The notes under the pieces are model-generated. The model saw nothing but the letters and a program-made list of their open reading frames with translations, was not told where the DNA came from and made no database searches. Of a stretch of 41,810 nt of DNA, positions 26,532 to 35,854 are shown piece after piece; within the stretch, counting starts at the first letter, position 1, and the number at the start of each line of letters is the position of its first letter. Source of the DNA: Candidatus Bathyarchaeota archaeon (GTDB taxonomy: Archaea > Thermoproteota > Bathyarchaeia > TCS64); NCBI GenBank assembly GCA_020354065.1, contig CP070640.1, forward strand, positions 482,013 through 523,822, written 5' to 3'. Made by a program: the position numbers and the translations under genes.

Positions 26532-27635
26532 CTAGATCTTCCTCATGGCATACTCCTTGGGCTCGAATCCCCTCAGCCTGAGCCACTCGGCCGTCCTGCC
26601 CAGGATGATGGCGCGAGCTCTCTTGAGCTCCTCTATGTCTCTCGCCCCGACGAGGAACATCACCGTCCTAAACTCGAGGAGGATGTTCTCAATGTGCTCC
26701 CTCAGAGCGTCACGCCCTTGAACTGCTTTCTCAAGGAAGGGCCCAGCAATGCCTACCGCATCAGCTCCCAGGGCGATGGCTTTCGCCATCTCAACCCCCG
26801 TGCGCATCCCACCGGAAGCGATGATCTTCAGATCCGTGGATGCGCTGGTCTCCATGACGCTGATCGCCGTAGGGATCCCCCAGTTCCATAGGGCTTCGCC
26901 TATGGCCTCCTGATCCCTCTTTCCCTCAACCCTGGCAACGTGGTGCTCCACAGCGGCCCAGCTTGTGCCTCCGACCCCGCTAACCTCCAAGCCTTCGACT
27001 CCCGCCGCCTCCAGGTTCATGGCATCCTCCCTTGCAATACCGCAACCTGTCTCTTTCATGACGATGGGCACTTCGAGTTCACGAACGAGTTTCTCCACCT
27101 TTCCCAGGACGCCTCTATAACGGGCTTCCCCTCCGACCTGAACTGCCTCCTGGAGGGGATTCATGTGTATCGCTAGTGCGTCTGCTTGGATCATGTCTAT
27201 GCAGCGTCGGGCCTCCTCTACTCCCCATCCCATGGATAGCTGTGGGCAGCCGATGTTCCCCATGACAAGAGAGGAAGGTGCGTTTTCCCGGACGATGCTG
27301 AAGGTGTGCTCGACAGATGGTTCTTCCAGGGCGATCCTCTGGCTGCCCACACCGATGCCGAGGCCATGCTCCTCCACGACCGAGGCAAGGGTCGAGTTCA
27401 CCCCCTTGGCGAATTCGGTCCCCCCAGTAATGGCAGAGACAATCAGCGGCGATACGAGTCTCTTCCCGAACAACTCAATCTCCATGGAGACCTCCTCCAG
27501 GTCTATCTCAGGGAGTGCCCGGTGGATCAGGCGGACGTCCTCGAAACCTGTACCTATATCTGCCTGTACGTTCTCCTCCAGAGAGAGCCTTAGATGCCTC
27601 TCCTTTCTCCTCTCTATACCGGTCACCGAACTCAC
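26532..27635 (-). CDS. fni: Type 2 (FMN-dependent) isopentenyl-diphosphate delta-isomerase
   Basis: RKERHLRL N-terminus, TIM-barrel motifs VMKETGCGI and ASGGMRTG, about 365 aa. There is a 4-nt overlap with the ipk stop. Confidence 0.9.
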   Translation of the reverse strand: MSSVTGIERRKERHLRLSLEENVQADIGTGFEDVRLIHRALPEIDLEEVSMEIELFGKRLVSPLIVSAITGGTEFAKGVNSTLASVVEEHGLGIGVGSQRIALEEPSVEHTFSIVRENAPSSLVMGNIGCPQLSMGWGVEEARRCIDMIQADALAIHMNPLQEAVQVGGEARYRGVLGKVEKLVRELEVPIVMKETGCGIAREDAMNLEAAGVEGLEVSGVGGTSWAAVEHHVARVEGKRDQEAIGEALWNWGIPTAISVMETSASTDLKIIASGGMRTGVEMAKAIALGADAVGIAGPFLEKAVQGRDALREHIENILLEFRTVMFLVGARDIEELKRARAIILGRTAEWLRLRGFEPKEYAMRKI

Positions 27636-28459
27636 CTCGCCAGAATGGTCCCTGCTACGGGTTCCCCTATCAATGCTTTAAGGATCACGCCCGGCTTGGT
27701 GGCGTTCACGATCTGGACCTCCACCCCCGCCTCCACCGCAGCCTTTGCCTCGGAGACCTTCCCCAACATACCTCCTGTCACATCTGAGGTGAGGGCGCTC
27801 CCGATCTTCACGAAGCCCTTAAGCTTCTCTAGGGACAAGTGCTGGATCAGCTTGGCCTGGGGGACGAGCTTGGGATTGGAAGTGTGGACACCGTCCACGT
27901 CGACGCCGAAGATCAGCTTGGACGCCCCCAATGATGTTGCAAGGTGGACCGCCAGCTGGTCCCCGGACAGGATGCTGAAGCCTTTGGTTCTGTCTAGAAC
28001 CGCATCCCCATAGAGTATGGGGAGGAAGCCTCTTACGACGAGGCGTCCGACTATCTCGAAGTCCGCTTTTGAAATTCGCCCGTCATCAGTGGTAATGAAT
28101 GAGCTTGGGCTCACGGAGAGGGCTGGGGCACCCTTGTCGTGGAGGGTGTCGACGATGATGGTGTTGAGAGCCACCATCGCCTGGTGGGTTCTAGAGAATC
28201 CGATGACCTGGCGCTCGGATGTGAAACCGTCCGCTAAGCCGAATTTCTCCGCCACAGGGTGACCAAAGGAGCCTCCACCATGAACGATGACGATGGGGCT
28301 GGGCCAGGCGGCCTTGATCTCCTCGGCGAGTTGCTCGATGTTCTCGTGGTGGGCGGTCATCGGCTGATCCTTGACCGTGACGACGGAGCCGCCGAGCTTG
28401 ACAACAAGCAACTCACTTAATCCTCCTCGTCTCCACTCCCTGGTTGGAGATGTTGACAA
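27632..28459 (-). CDS. ipk: Isopentenyl phosphate kinase
   Basis: Amino-acid-kinase fold motifs LVVKLGGSVVT and IVHGGGSFGH. The real start is probably the TTG at 28411 (M-LVVKLGGS), 1 nt after the mvk stop, rather than the track start that overlaps mvk by 47 nt. Confidence 0.85.
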   Translation of the reverse strand: MSTSPTREWRRGGLSELLVVKLGGSVVTVKDQPMTAHHENIEQLAEEIKAAWPSPIVIVHGGGSFGHPVAEKFGLADGFTSERQVIGFSRTHQAMVALNTIIVDTLHDKGAPALSVSPSSFITTDDGRISKADFEIVGRLVVRGFLPILYGDAVLDRTKGFSILSGDQLAVHLATSLGASKLIFGVDVDGVHTSNPKLVPQAKLIQHLSLEKLKGFVKIGSALTSDVTGGMLGKVSEAKAAVEAGVEVQIVNATKPGVILKALIGEPVAGTILAR

Positions 28460-29396
28460 CGTGTGGCTCCCCTCTGGTTCTCCATATGGCCTTACGGATG
28501 TCCTCCACTTTTGACGGGTTCAACAAAGCTATCATGCAGCCACCCCCTCCGGCTCCCGTCAGCTTCGCCCCGTAGGCGCCGGCCCCTCGGGAGGCGTGAA
28601 CCATGAGATCCAGACGAGCGATGGACACTCCCAGGGAAGCTAGGAGGCCGTGGTTGATGTTCATGAGATCCCCTAACCTGCGTAGATCCCTCTCTTTGAG
28701 GGCTTCGAGCCCGCTCTCCGCGACCCCTACCATGGCGTCGATCAGGCCATCCACGAGCTTCGGCTCCCTCTCCCTGAGGGCTTTGACCCTGGCCACAAGC
28801 CGCCGCGTCGAACGCTTCCGCCTTGAGTTCCCGATGACGAAGGGGAGGCCTTCACCGAGTTCTAGCCTCTCGATGCTCTCCCCCCTCTCATACCGCAAGA
28901 CTCCCCCGTACGTGGAAATGTTGTTGTCAACCCCGCTTGGAGTCCCGTGCACCACCTTCTCGCCCTCGTAGGCGAGATCGCAGGTCTCTTTCTTCGAAAG
29001 GTTCCCGCCTAAGAGCTCACCAACGGCGGCCACTGTGGCCACGCAGATGGCGGCGGAGGATCCCAAGCCAGCTGCAACGGGGATGTCGGATCTTGCGGTG
29101 AGGCTCAACCCCGTTTCCTGACCCAGGTGCTCCAACGTCTTCCAGGCGGCCACCCGCATACCTTGGAGCCTCCTTCCCCTCCACGCCTCCCCCCTGATCG
29201 GGACGTAGACATCGCCCTCGAAGTAGCCCTCAAATCCCATGTCCAGGCAGTCGAAGTGGATGCGCTTGTCGCTTCTCTTTTCCGCGATTATTTTCGCCCG
29301 TTTGTCTATAGCGAGGACGATTGCTGGACCCCTGTAGACGACGCTGTGCTCTCCGAAGAGTATCGCCTTCCCCGGGGCGGTGGCTTCCACGGACAT
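28413..29396 (-). CDS. mvk: Mevalonate kinase
   Basis: GHMP kinase motifs APGKAILFGEHSVVY, GLGSSAA and KLTGAGGGGC. Confidence 0.9.
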   Translation of the reverse strand: MSVEATAPGKAILFGEHSVVYRGPAIVLAIDKRAKIIAEKRSDKRIHFDCLDMGFEGYFEGDVYVPIRGEAWRGRRLQGMRVAAWKTLEHLGQETGLSLTARSDIPVAAGLGSSAAICVATVAAVGELLGGNLSKKETCDLAYEGEKVVHGTPSGVDNNISTYGGVLRYERGESIERLELGEGLPFVIGNSRRKRSTRRLVARVKALREREPKLVDGLIDAMVGVAESGLEALKERDLRRLGDLMNINHGLLASLGVSIARLDLMVHASRGAGAYGAKLTGAGGGGCMIALLNPSKVEDIRKAIWRTRGEPHVVNISNQGVETRRIK

Positions 29397-29405
29397 GTAC
29401 CAGTC

Positions 29406-30248
29406 CTACCTCGTGATCTTGACCGCTGCGTAACCCACAACCGCGGAGAGGTCCCCCGTGATGTCCCCGCTGGTGCTGTAGGAGAGGAGTTCCGCCTTCT
29501 CGGCGCCAAGCATCTTCGAGGCGTAGATGGCGGCGGATACGGGGCCGTAGCCGCACATGCTGACCCTCTGGGTTCTGACCCAGTTCTGGAGGGCTGCCTC
29601 ATCCATGGCCTCGATGCTTTCGATTACTCCATGATCCTTGGCACTGGCTGAGGCTTTAGACTCCATGTGGGTCAGGTCCGTCGATGCAAGTATGAGGATG
29701 TCCTTCCCCCTAATGGCTTCGACGATGGCTCTTCCGACCTCCCTGCTTGTCTCCAGGTCCTGGAGGCCCATGCAGATGGGAACGAACCTGATGTCCTGGT
29801 AGACATACTGGAGGAAGGGGAGCTGCACCTCGATGGAGTGCTCTCTAAGGTGAGCCGTCTCGTCCATGTCTATGAAATCGGATGTCTCGAATATGTCCAT
29901 GGCGAGCTCCTCATCAACTCTCAGGTGCCCTAAAGGTGTTTCCCATGCTCCAGTCCCCCACAACGAGACCGGACCCCCTAGGCCCGTGTGGTTTGGACCT
30001 AGGATGACGACGGAGTCAGGCTCGGCTTCGGAGGCTAGCTGATGATAGCTGTGGGCTGCGGTGGGGCCCGAGTACATGTAGCCTGCGTGGGGGCATACCA
30101 CGGAGACGATCTTCCTCTCAGAGCTCCTCTGACGGGGGGGCTCTCCAGGACCCAGCCTGTGGGTGAAACTATCCTTGATAGTGCGGTTAAGGCGTTCGGG
30201 GTCAGCCGGGTAGAATGCTCCGGCCACCCAGGGTCGCCTTATTCCCAT
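29406..30248 (-). CDS. MEMO1-family protein (AmmeMemoRadiSam system protein B type)
   Basis: AGAFYPADPERL N-terminus and VCPHAGYMYSG metal-site motif, about 280 aa. Confidence 0.8.
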   Translation of the reverse strand: MGIRRPWVAGAFYPADPERLNRTIKDSFTHRLGPGEPPRQRSSERKIVSVVCPHAGYMYSGPTAAHSYHQLASEAEPDSVVILGPNHTGLGGPVSLWGTGAWETPLGHLRVDEELAMDIFETSDFIDMDETAHLREHSIEVQLPFLQYVYQDIRFVPICMGLQDLETSREVGRAIVEAIRGKDILILASTDLTHMESKASASAKDHGVIESIEAMDEAALQNWVRTQRVSMCGYGPVSAAIYASKMLGAEKAELLSYSTSGDITGDLSAVVGYAAVKITR

Positions 30249-30257
30249 GGTCCCACC

Positions 30258-30878
30258 CTAGATGGAGGCCTCGAAGTCGTCGATGGAAACGTTGAAGTCT
30301 TCGTCAGGTCCGAGCTCGTTGAGCTCCCGCTTTATCTGCCGGGTTAGAAGCCAGTAGGCGATGGCGAGGGCCCTCCTCCCTTTATTGTTTATGGGGATGA
30401 TGAGGTCGACCTTTGAGAGGTTGTTGTCCGTGCTGCAGAAAGCCACCACTGGGACGCCTACAGCCGTCGCCTCCTCGACGATCTGCTGGTCGGCGAGGGC
30501 GTCAGTCACAACAACGGCGACGGGCTCGAAGTAGTCGGCGTAGGTAGGGTTAGTAAATGTCCCGGAGGTGAAGCGTCCGATCATGGGTTTAGCACCCATG
30601 AGCTCGCAGAACTTCTGCACGGGTAACCGGCCGTACCTCTTTGAGGAGGCCACAACGATCTTAGGCAGGTTCATCCTGGCCAGGAACTTTGCAGCGACCT
30701 GGATCCTCTCGTTCATCTTCTCCATGTCGAGGACGAACAGGCCGTCCGGCCTCACCTTGTATATGAAAGGCTCCATGTCCTTCGTTTTGACACGGGTTCC
30801 GATGTGGACACCAGCTGATAGAAGGACCTCCTGGGGCAGGAGCATGTCTTCTGTTCCTTGTGTCTCCATCCTAGCCAT
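30258..30878 (-). CDS. rps2: 30S ribosomal protein uS2
   Basis: [10 protein letters not shown] and DPxxDxQIVxEA-type motifs ([13 protein letters not shown]), about 200 aa archaeal S2. Confidence 0.92.
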   Translation of the reverse strand: MARMETQGTEDMLLPQEVLLSAGVHIGTRVKTKDMEPFIYKVRPDGLFVLDMEKMNERIQVAAKFLARMNLPKIVVASSKRYGRLPVQKFCELMGAKPMIGRFTSGTFTNPTYADYFEPVAVVVTDALADQQIVEEATAVGVPVVAFCSTDNNLSKVDLIIPINNKGRRALAIAYWLLTRQIKRELNELGPDEDFNVSIDDFEASI

Positions 30879-31098
30879 CTCCTCTGATCTCGACGCTCTC
30901 CCTCTCCTCGTGGAACCTCAGTATCTCGTCAATGAGCTCCACGTGGGAGAGCAGCATCCTCCTGCAGCAGTATCTCTCGATGCCCAGGTCGTCGAGGACG
31001 TCCTTGGGCTGCTCCCCTGCGGCGACCCGCCGGCAGTAGGGCTCCCACTTGTCGCCCACCACCTTGCCGCAGGAGAAGCATCTAACAGGGATGATCAT
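30871..31098 (-). CDS. rpoN: DNA-directed RNA polymerase subunit N (Rpo10)
   Basis: [15 protein letters not shown] ... [16 protein letters not shown] is the canonical RpoN zinc motif. Confidence 0.92.
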   Translation of the reverse strand: MIIPVRCFSCGKVVGDKWEPYCRRVAAGEQPKDVLDDLGIERYCCRRMLLSHVELIDEILRFHEERESVEIRGDG

Positions 31099-31545
31099 TC
31101 TCTTCTTTCAGCCTCAAGGGTCACGCGGAATATGCACTGAGATGAATATTAAACATATATCCTCTGGGAGAACCTCTAGCATCGGTTCTGACGATTTCAT
31201 CTCGGCGCACCTGACCCTATAAATTAGATCCAGATATAAACCTTTCATTGATGGTTCTTGGTGTTGGGAGTTTTGAATAAAGTAGCTTAATTTAAAACAT
31301 TGATGTAATTTTGGTCTCTTGCGCTTGCCATCACACTCTTTCCTTTCTGTAACAATGCAGCAAGTGAGTTGATAGCCGTCTAGGCAATGAATTATTGATT
31401 TGATTAATTTACTGAGAATCTATAGCTTAGTTTAGATTGAGGAATAAATTTTACACTTCTTGATCAAAGTATCTGAGAACTGCTTCAGAATCCATTTAAG
31501 ATTTCCCATCTGAATTTAGAGGAACGAAACCCTGATTGAGCTAGA

Positions 31546-31926
31546 ATGAAGCTAGATAAACTCGAAAGAATGATCATTTCAGAGGATTGGATTGATTGGT
31601 ATCGTAATGAGCACAAATCAAGGGCTAGGGAAACTCATCTCCCAGGGGGGATAACAATTGCTCGCCACAGACACTGGAATCTGCCATTTTGCTCGTTCTG
31701 CGATGAAGAAGTCGAGGAGGGAGACGAATGTTACATCCTCTTCGTTGGAGGGCACGCCGTTGCCTATCACTCTGATTGCTTGGTGGAGCACAAGGATACA
31801 CGAAAAGTGAAGAACATAGTCGCTCAGGATAGGAGTTTTAGAATGAAGATGTTAGATAAAAATAACGTCGAGGATGAACAACCTCTGAGAATCAAACCAA
31901 TATCTGTAAAGTACATCGAATGGTAA
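31546..31926 (+). CDS. Orphan hypothetical protein with a possible Cys/His metal site, inside the AT-rich island
   Basis: A 126-codon ORF that is AT-rich relative to its neighbours. It contains CSFCDEEVEEGDECYILFVGGHAVAYHSDCLVEH. No family recognised. Confidence 0.35.
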   Translation: MKLDKLERMIISEDWIDWYRNEHKSRARETHLPGGITIARHRHWNLPFCSFCDEEVEEGDECYILFVGGHAVAYHSDCLVEHKDTRKVKNIVAQDRSFRMKMLDKNNVEDEQPLRIKPISVKYIEW

Positions 31927-31987
31927 TGCGCTTCGATGTAGAACGCTCATTTTTAAGGAATAATCATCCGAAATTTTCTTTCATAAT

Positions 31988-31996
31988 AATATAAAA
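31988..31996 (+). promoter_or_regulatory. TATA-like box (AATATAAAA) positioned about 27 nt upstream of the structured RNA candidate
   Basis: TAATATAAAAGG is centred near 31993 and the basal stem of the hairpin element begins at 32020. This spacing is canonical for archaeal TATA-to-TSS distance. Confidence 0.3.
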
Positions 31997-32019
31997 GGTG
32001 GATTGATCCATCCATTCTC

Positions 32020-32103
32020 TGCGCGTACGAGTATCATCCCTTAGATTGAGGTATTCCCCCTTCCAATCTGAGGGCAGTGCTCTCTTGCTCTCGTACGCGC
32101 ACA
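32020..32103 (+). ncRNA. Candidate structured small RNA: nested double hairpin followed by ACA and an oligo-T tract
   Basis: A 12-bp perfect basal stem TGCGCGTACGAG (32020-32031) / CTCGTACGCGCA (32090-32101) encloses an asymmetric internal loop. Inside is an 11-bp stem CCCTTAGATTG (32038-32048) / CAATCTGAGGG (32064-32074, one G-U) with a 15-nt loop. ACA lies at 32101-32103 and TTTT at 32112-32115. No ORF covers it. Confidence 0.35.
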
Positions 32104-32337
32104 CCATTACATTTTCGACTTAATTATAGCGAACTCTTGCCGAACGTACGAAGTCAAAAAAAATCACCGGCTATAAGATGAGAACAAAATTAAATGACGT
32201 GAAGGAGTTGATCCAACGGGAGAAATTATCGTAAAAGACGTTTAGAGCCAATTTTAGACTTTACGCCCTTAGAAAAGATACAGCTCCGAACCTGATAAAA
32301 GGAATGTCCAAATGCTTCTTGATTTTTAAAGGGTCTC

Positions 32338-32652
32338 CTACGAATTTTTCAGCGCTTTGATCGTTCCTGAAACCTTTGTAACGTATACGGTAGCAGGGGA
32401 ACCCCCGATCTTGCTGATAAGCGTTAGCGAGGCCCTCATTTCCCTGATTCGGGTCCTGTTACAACGCAGAACGCCTTCCTGCTTAGCTTCATCGAAATCG
32501 ATGAGGTGTGGATCGACTCGGGACAATCCCGAGAGGCCAAAGATGTCGCGGACTCCTTCCACCAAGGCCTCGAAGACTTCTGAGGCAGTGAAACGCGTAG
32601 GCCCCTCAACAACGAATTTGAAGTATCTGCGGCGGGGTTTCTTTACCGGCAA
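32338..32652 (-). CDS. rnp2: RNase P protein component 2 (Pop5 homolog)
   Basis: RRRYFKFVVEG start, about 100 aa, Pop5-like pattern. It is directly downstream of, and overlaps, the Rpp30 gene. Confidence 0.8.
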   Translation of the reverse strand: MPVKKPRRRYFKFVVEGPTRFTASEVFEALVEGVRDIFGLSGLSRVDPHLIDFDEAKQEGVLRCNRTRIREMRASLTLISKIGGSPATVYVTKVSGTIKALKNS

Positions 32653-33362
32653 TTTTTTTCCACCCTGACTCCTGGAGCGATGAATTTCCCTCCGAGCTTC
32701 TCTCGATTTCTCTCAACGATGCCCATCGGAGTCTCGGAGATCGCGTCCAATCCCTCCTCCTCTCCGAGGTCCATGAGAGAAAGAACCGCCGCAAGCCCAC
32801 GAGGATCTCTCATCTCCAAGACATTACGGGCGCCGCTTGAGACGACTATTGGCACATCGAAACTCTTCGCGTTCCCCACCTCCCACCTCATGATGGCTAA
32901 CATTCGGGATCTGTGCGTGGGCTCCAGCTGCTCTAAGAGGTCAGAGAGGTTGACCTCATAGCAACAGTTGGCTTCACTGGCGAGAGATGCGCTTTGCCGG
33001 TCGAATTTGACTCTCTCTCTGGTTGCCAGCGATGATGGGAGGATGAGGACGTCGACGCGGTGGTCCTTTGAGGCTTGGCGTGCAACTTTCTTGTTATTAC
33101 ACTCCACACCTATGATCTCGAATCTCCTGCGGACCTTTCCAAGAGAAGATGTTAGCTTGCGGGGATTATCAGGGCTGAGGTCGATCCGGCTCACGAGGTC
33201 GAGGTCTAGATATTGGGTTAGATCTCGGAGCTGCTCCGAAAGAGGATTCTCGGATGTCAGGGCGACACCTCTAAAGCCTAGTTTTGCGGCTAGTTCCAGC
33301 ATCGTCTGAACCTTGCTCTCATCCTCCGGGGTTTTGAGGTGGAGATCGACGAACCTTCTCAT
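32643..33362 (-). CDS. rnp3: RNase P protein component 3 (Rpp30 homolog)
   Basis: MRRFVDLHL..., PHP/TIM-like pattern, about 240 aa. Start set at ATG 33362, which forms an ATGA overlap with the upstream stop. Confidence 0.8.
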   Translation of the reverse strand: MRRFVDLHLKTPEDESKVQTMLELAAKLGFRGVALTSENPLSEQLRDLTQYLDLDLVSRIDLSPDNPRKLTSSLGKVRRRFEIIGVECNNKKVARQASKDHRVDVLILPSSLATRERVKFDRQSASLASEANCCYEVNLSDLLEQLEPTHRSRMLAIMRWEVGNAKSFDVPIVVSSGARNVLEMRDPRGLAAVLSLMDLGEEEGLDAISETPMGIVERNREKLGGKFIAPGVRVEKNCR

Positions 33363-33859
33363 TGCTTCTGACTCCTGTTTTCGTTTGAACACGTTTTTTC
33401 TTCCATTATCCTTGTGAGAGTGGTGCGGATGTATTCGAGTGGTGATGCCTTGTGTGGGATTCGGAACCTGAACTTCAGCCGTATGGGGTCGATCTCCATG
33501 AGGGCTCTCTGCCCCTTGAGGGCCTTCTGCTTGTCGAGGCGTATGTACATGTTGCCAGCTTTGTCGGTCCTGTTTTCGAGCTCGTCCAAGAGCCGCATTT
33601 GCTCGACTGTCGGAAGCCTCTTTATGGTCTGGTGGAGCATGTGGGCAACGTCTTTCTTCTTTCGGATGGTCGTCGTGATGAGGGTGATTGGATCGTTGTG
33701 GTGGCCGCTGAGCAACCGCCGGTCCAATCTAATCCCCGAGGCATCCTTGGGAATCAGTTTTTTCACTGCTCTCTCTACTTTTGCCTCGTCTTCCGTGGCG
33801 TGAGAGAAGACCGAGATCTCCACACCCATGATTTCTACTTTAGATACCGCCTCAGCCAT
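33359..33859 (-). CDS. RNA-binding protein of the exosome-superoperon neighbourhood (DUF54/UPF0201-like)
   Basis: VEISVFSHATEDEAKVERAVKKLIP matches the characteristic h.TED.eKV..al..l.p start of this archaeal family. It is syntenic with the RNase P subunits. Confidence 0.55.
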   Translation of the reverse strand: MAEAVSKVEIMGVEISVFSHATEDEAKVERAVKKLIPKDASGIRLDRRLLSGHHNDPITLITTTIRKKKDVAHMLHQTIKRLPTVEQMRLLDELENRTDKAGNMYIRLDKQKALKGQRALMEIDPIRLKFRFRIPHKASPLEYIRTTLTRIMEEKTCSNENRSQKQ

Positions 33860-33928
33860 GGCTATCAGTTTCTCATCGGATTAATCTACTCTACGATCAT
33901 AAAGGTTCTTAGAATATGAGTTCATAGG

Positions 33929-35239
33929 CTATTGAACGTAAGGAATCGTCGACGGCCCAGCGGGGACCACAACGATCTCCGGGTCCCTCCCCAAGATCTT
34001 GAGGGCTAGGCTCAAGGCTTCATCGATGTCTTTTGCAGGAGTCATGTGCATGCTTCTTATGACGGATGGTTCTATGCCGGTGACGCATATGACCTCGCAA
34101 CGTGTGAGAACCCTGGCGAGGATCTGGGCCTCCCACTGATCAACCATGAAGAAGCCTGGTGCCCTGACGATCTCTAGGATCTCCCTCGGGCTCTCGAATC
34201 TCTCTACAAGCTCCCTGAACCTGGGATGCCCGACCCCATCAATGCACTCCGAGGCGATTATGGCCACGCCCCCCTCTCTGACTACAGCCTCGGCGACTGT
34301 CATTCCCTTCACAGCCTGGTAGAGGTCCCTGTCAAGGGGATAACCACCGTTGGTGGTGACCACTATGTCTGCCTCTGGAGTTTCCACCCTCACGTGCCCG
34401 TCTAGAAACCTTGACCCAGCCCTGTGGGCCTTCTTGAACTCCCCTGCGAATATCCCCGAGATCCTTTTCTGGGGGTCTAGAGTGACGTTGATTGAGAATC
34501 CAAGACCTCCCAGGCGCGCTCCCTCGACGATGTCTTCGTATACGGGATTTCCATCTAGGATTCCAGCCCTGGCATTGGGATGGTCGATCATGGCAGCGCG
34601 GTGGTTGGCCTTTATGGTCTCGTAACCCGCCACCCCAGGGAGGATGTTTTTACCCCCTCCGGTATACCCGGCGAAGAAATGGGGTTCGATGTAGCCGTCG
34701 CTGATGACTAGGTCGCTCTCGTGCACGGTCTTGTTGAGCCAGATAGGGGTTCCGTGCGATGTCTCGCCTATTTCAACGAGGTTGGAGTCATCGCGAGCGT
34801 CGTGGTTGATAACTGAGATCCGGCTCTGGATTTCAACGTCCAAGCGCTCTCTGAGCTCCTCTTCGGTGCATGGTCTGTGCAGTCCTGTCGCTACCACAAC
34901 TTTGACCTGTCCATCGTGGATTCCGGCCTCTTTTAAATCTCGGAGGGCTGCTTGGACGATCAACCCGCTGGGAGTGGGTCGGGTTGAGTCTGAGACGATG
35001 ACGCAGATGTCCTTGCAGCCCTGGGCCATTTCACAAAGACCTGTCGAGTTTATTGGTTCTCGTAGGGCTCTCTCCAATGCTCCACTTGGGTTTGGTAATG
35101 GCTGCATAGTTTTAGGTAGGACGATTGATAGAAGGTATCTTTCAGGTATTCTGGCGTCGATGTACCCTCTTCCGTATGGGAGAGCGATGGTTCTGGTTCT
35201 CACGGTCTGTAGGTTAATATCATAATATTTGAGGTTCAC
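33929..35239 (-). CDS. larA: Lactate racemase-like nickel-pincer enzyme (LarA family)
   Basis: LPYGRGYIDARIP, VSDSTRPTP, ATGLHRPCTEEE, HFFAGYTGGGKNILPG and KANH follow the LarA/DUF2088 motif order. Confidence 0.85.
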   Translation of the reverse strand: MNLKYYDINLQTVRTRTIALPYGRGYIDARIPERYLLSIVLPKTMQPLPNPSGALERALREPINSTGLCEMAQGCKDICVIVSDSTRPTPSGLIVQAALRDLKEAGIHDGQVKVVVATGLHRPCTEEELRERLDVEIQSRISVINHDARDDSNLVEIGETSHGTPIWLNKTVHESDLVISDGYIEPHFFAGYTGGGKNILPGVAGYETIKANHRAAMIDHPNARAGILDGNPVYEDIVEGARLGGLGFSINVTLDPQKRISGIFAGEFKKAHRAGSRFLDGHVRVETPEADIVVTTNGGYPLDRDLYQAVKGMTVAEAVVREGGVAIIASECIDGVGHPRFRELVERFESPREILEIVRAPGFFMVDQWEAQILARVLTRCEVICVTGIEPSVIRSMHMTPAKDIDEALSLALKILGRDPEIVVVPAGPSTIPYVQ

Positions 35240-35635
35240 TGGGTCATAAGTTGCTTATTTAGACAATTGCTGCGTCTTTCATGGTCGTATCTACTAGGGC
35301 AGAGTGTCGCACCCTCTCCTTGTATGGTCTTCTCTAGCCCTCGTCTCCTAAACATGTCACCATTGGACCCGTGGGGGTTTGTGTAGGTATCTGACCGCAT
35401 CTGACCCGAGCTCATTACGATGGGTCCTGCAAAACACAACATGGGCACGACAGCACCTCCTCTTTTTCGTTGGGTCTGCGCTTGTTTGTAGGTTCTTCTG
35501 TGTTATGGGCGGGCAGTATGCATGTCCTTCACAAATGGCTTCAAGTATTCATAAACCCGGAACGATTATGTTGTGCAAGAAATCCGCTATTCCTCCTGAG
35601 ATGTAGTAAAATATCATTTTCATCGTGCTTGTAGA

Positions 35636-35854
35636 TTGCAGGTACACACAACATTACTTATTGAGACGCCATCAAACATACTTTGGGCTAGGGGGCATTT
35701 CATGGAGAGCATAAGAGAGCTGATCAAAGATCTAGATCGGTGTGAGGCATTGCGAACTGTAAATCTCCAGGATCTTGAGGCTCTTCTTCTTGATGAACCT
35801 AGCACAATTAATGGTTTAGACGCTGCTTTGACGCTCCACAATATCGAGGGCTGA
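35636..35854 (+). CDS. Doubtful small ORF (likely 50 aa from ATG 35702) in the ORF-poor spacer
   Basis: MESIRELIKDLDRCEALRTVNLQDLEALLLDEPSTINGLDAALTLHNIEG has helical, acidic composition. A T7 run follows at 35907-35913. No homolog recognised. Confidence 0.2.
   Translation: MQVHTTLLIETPSNILWARGHFMESIRELIKDLDRCEALRTVNLQDLEALLLDEPSTINGLDAALTLHNIEG

Noticed and set aside
31432-31442. The 11-mer TTAGATTGAGG is shared between 31432 and the inner stem of the RNA candidate at 32041.
   Set aside because: Hundreds of 11-mer coincidences are expected in a window of this size, and the flanks show no extended similarity.
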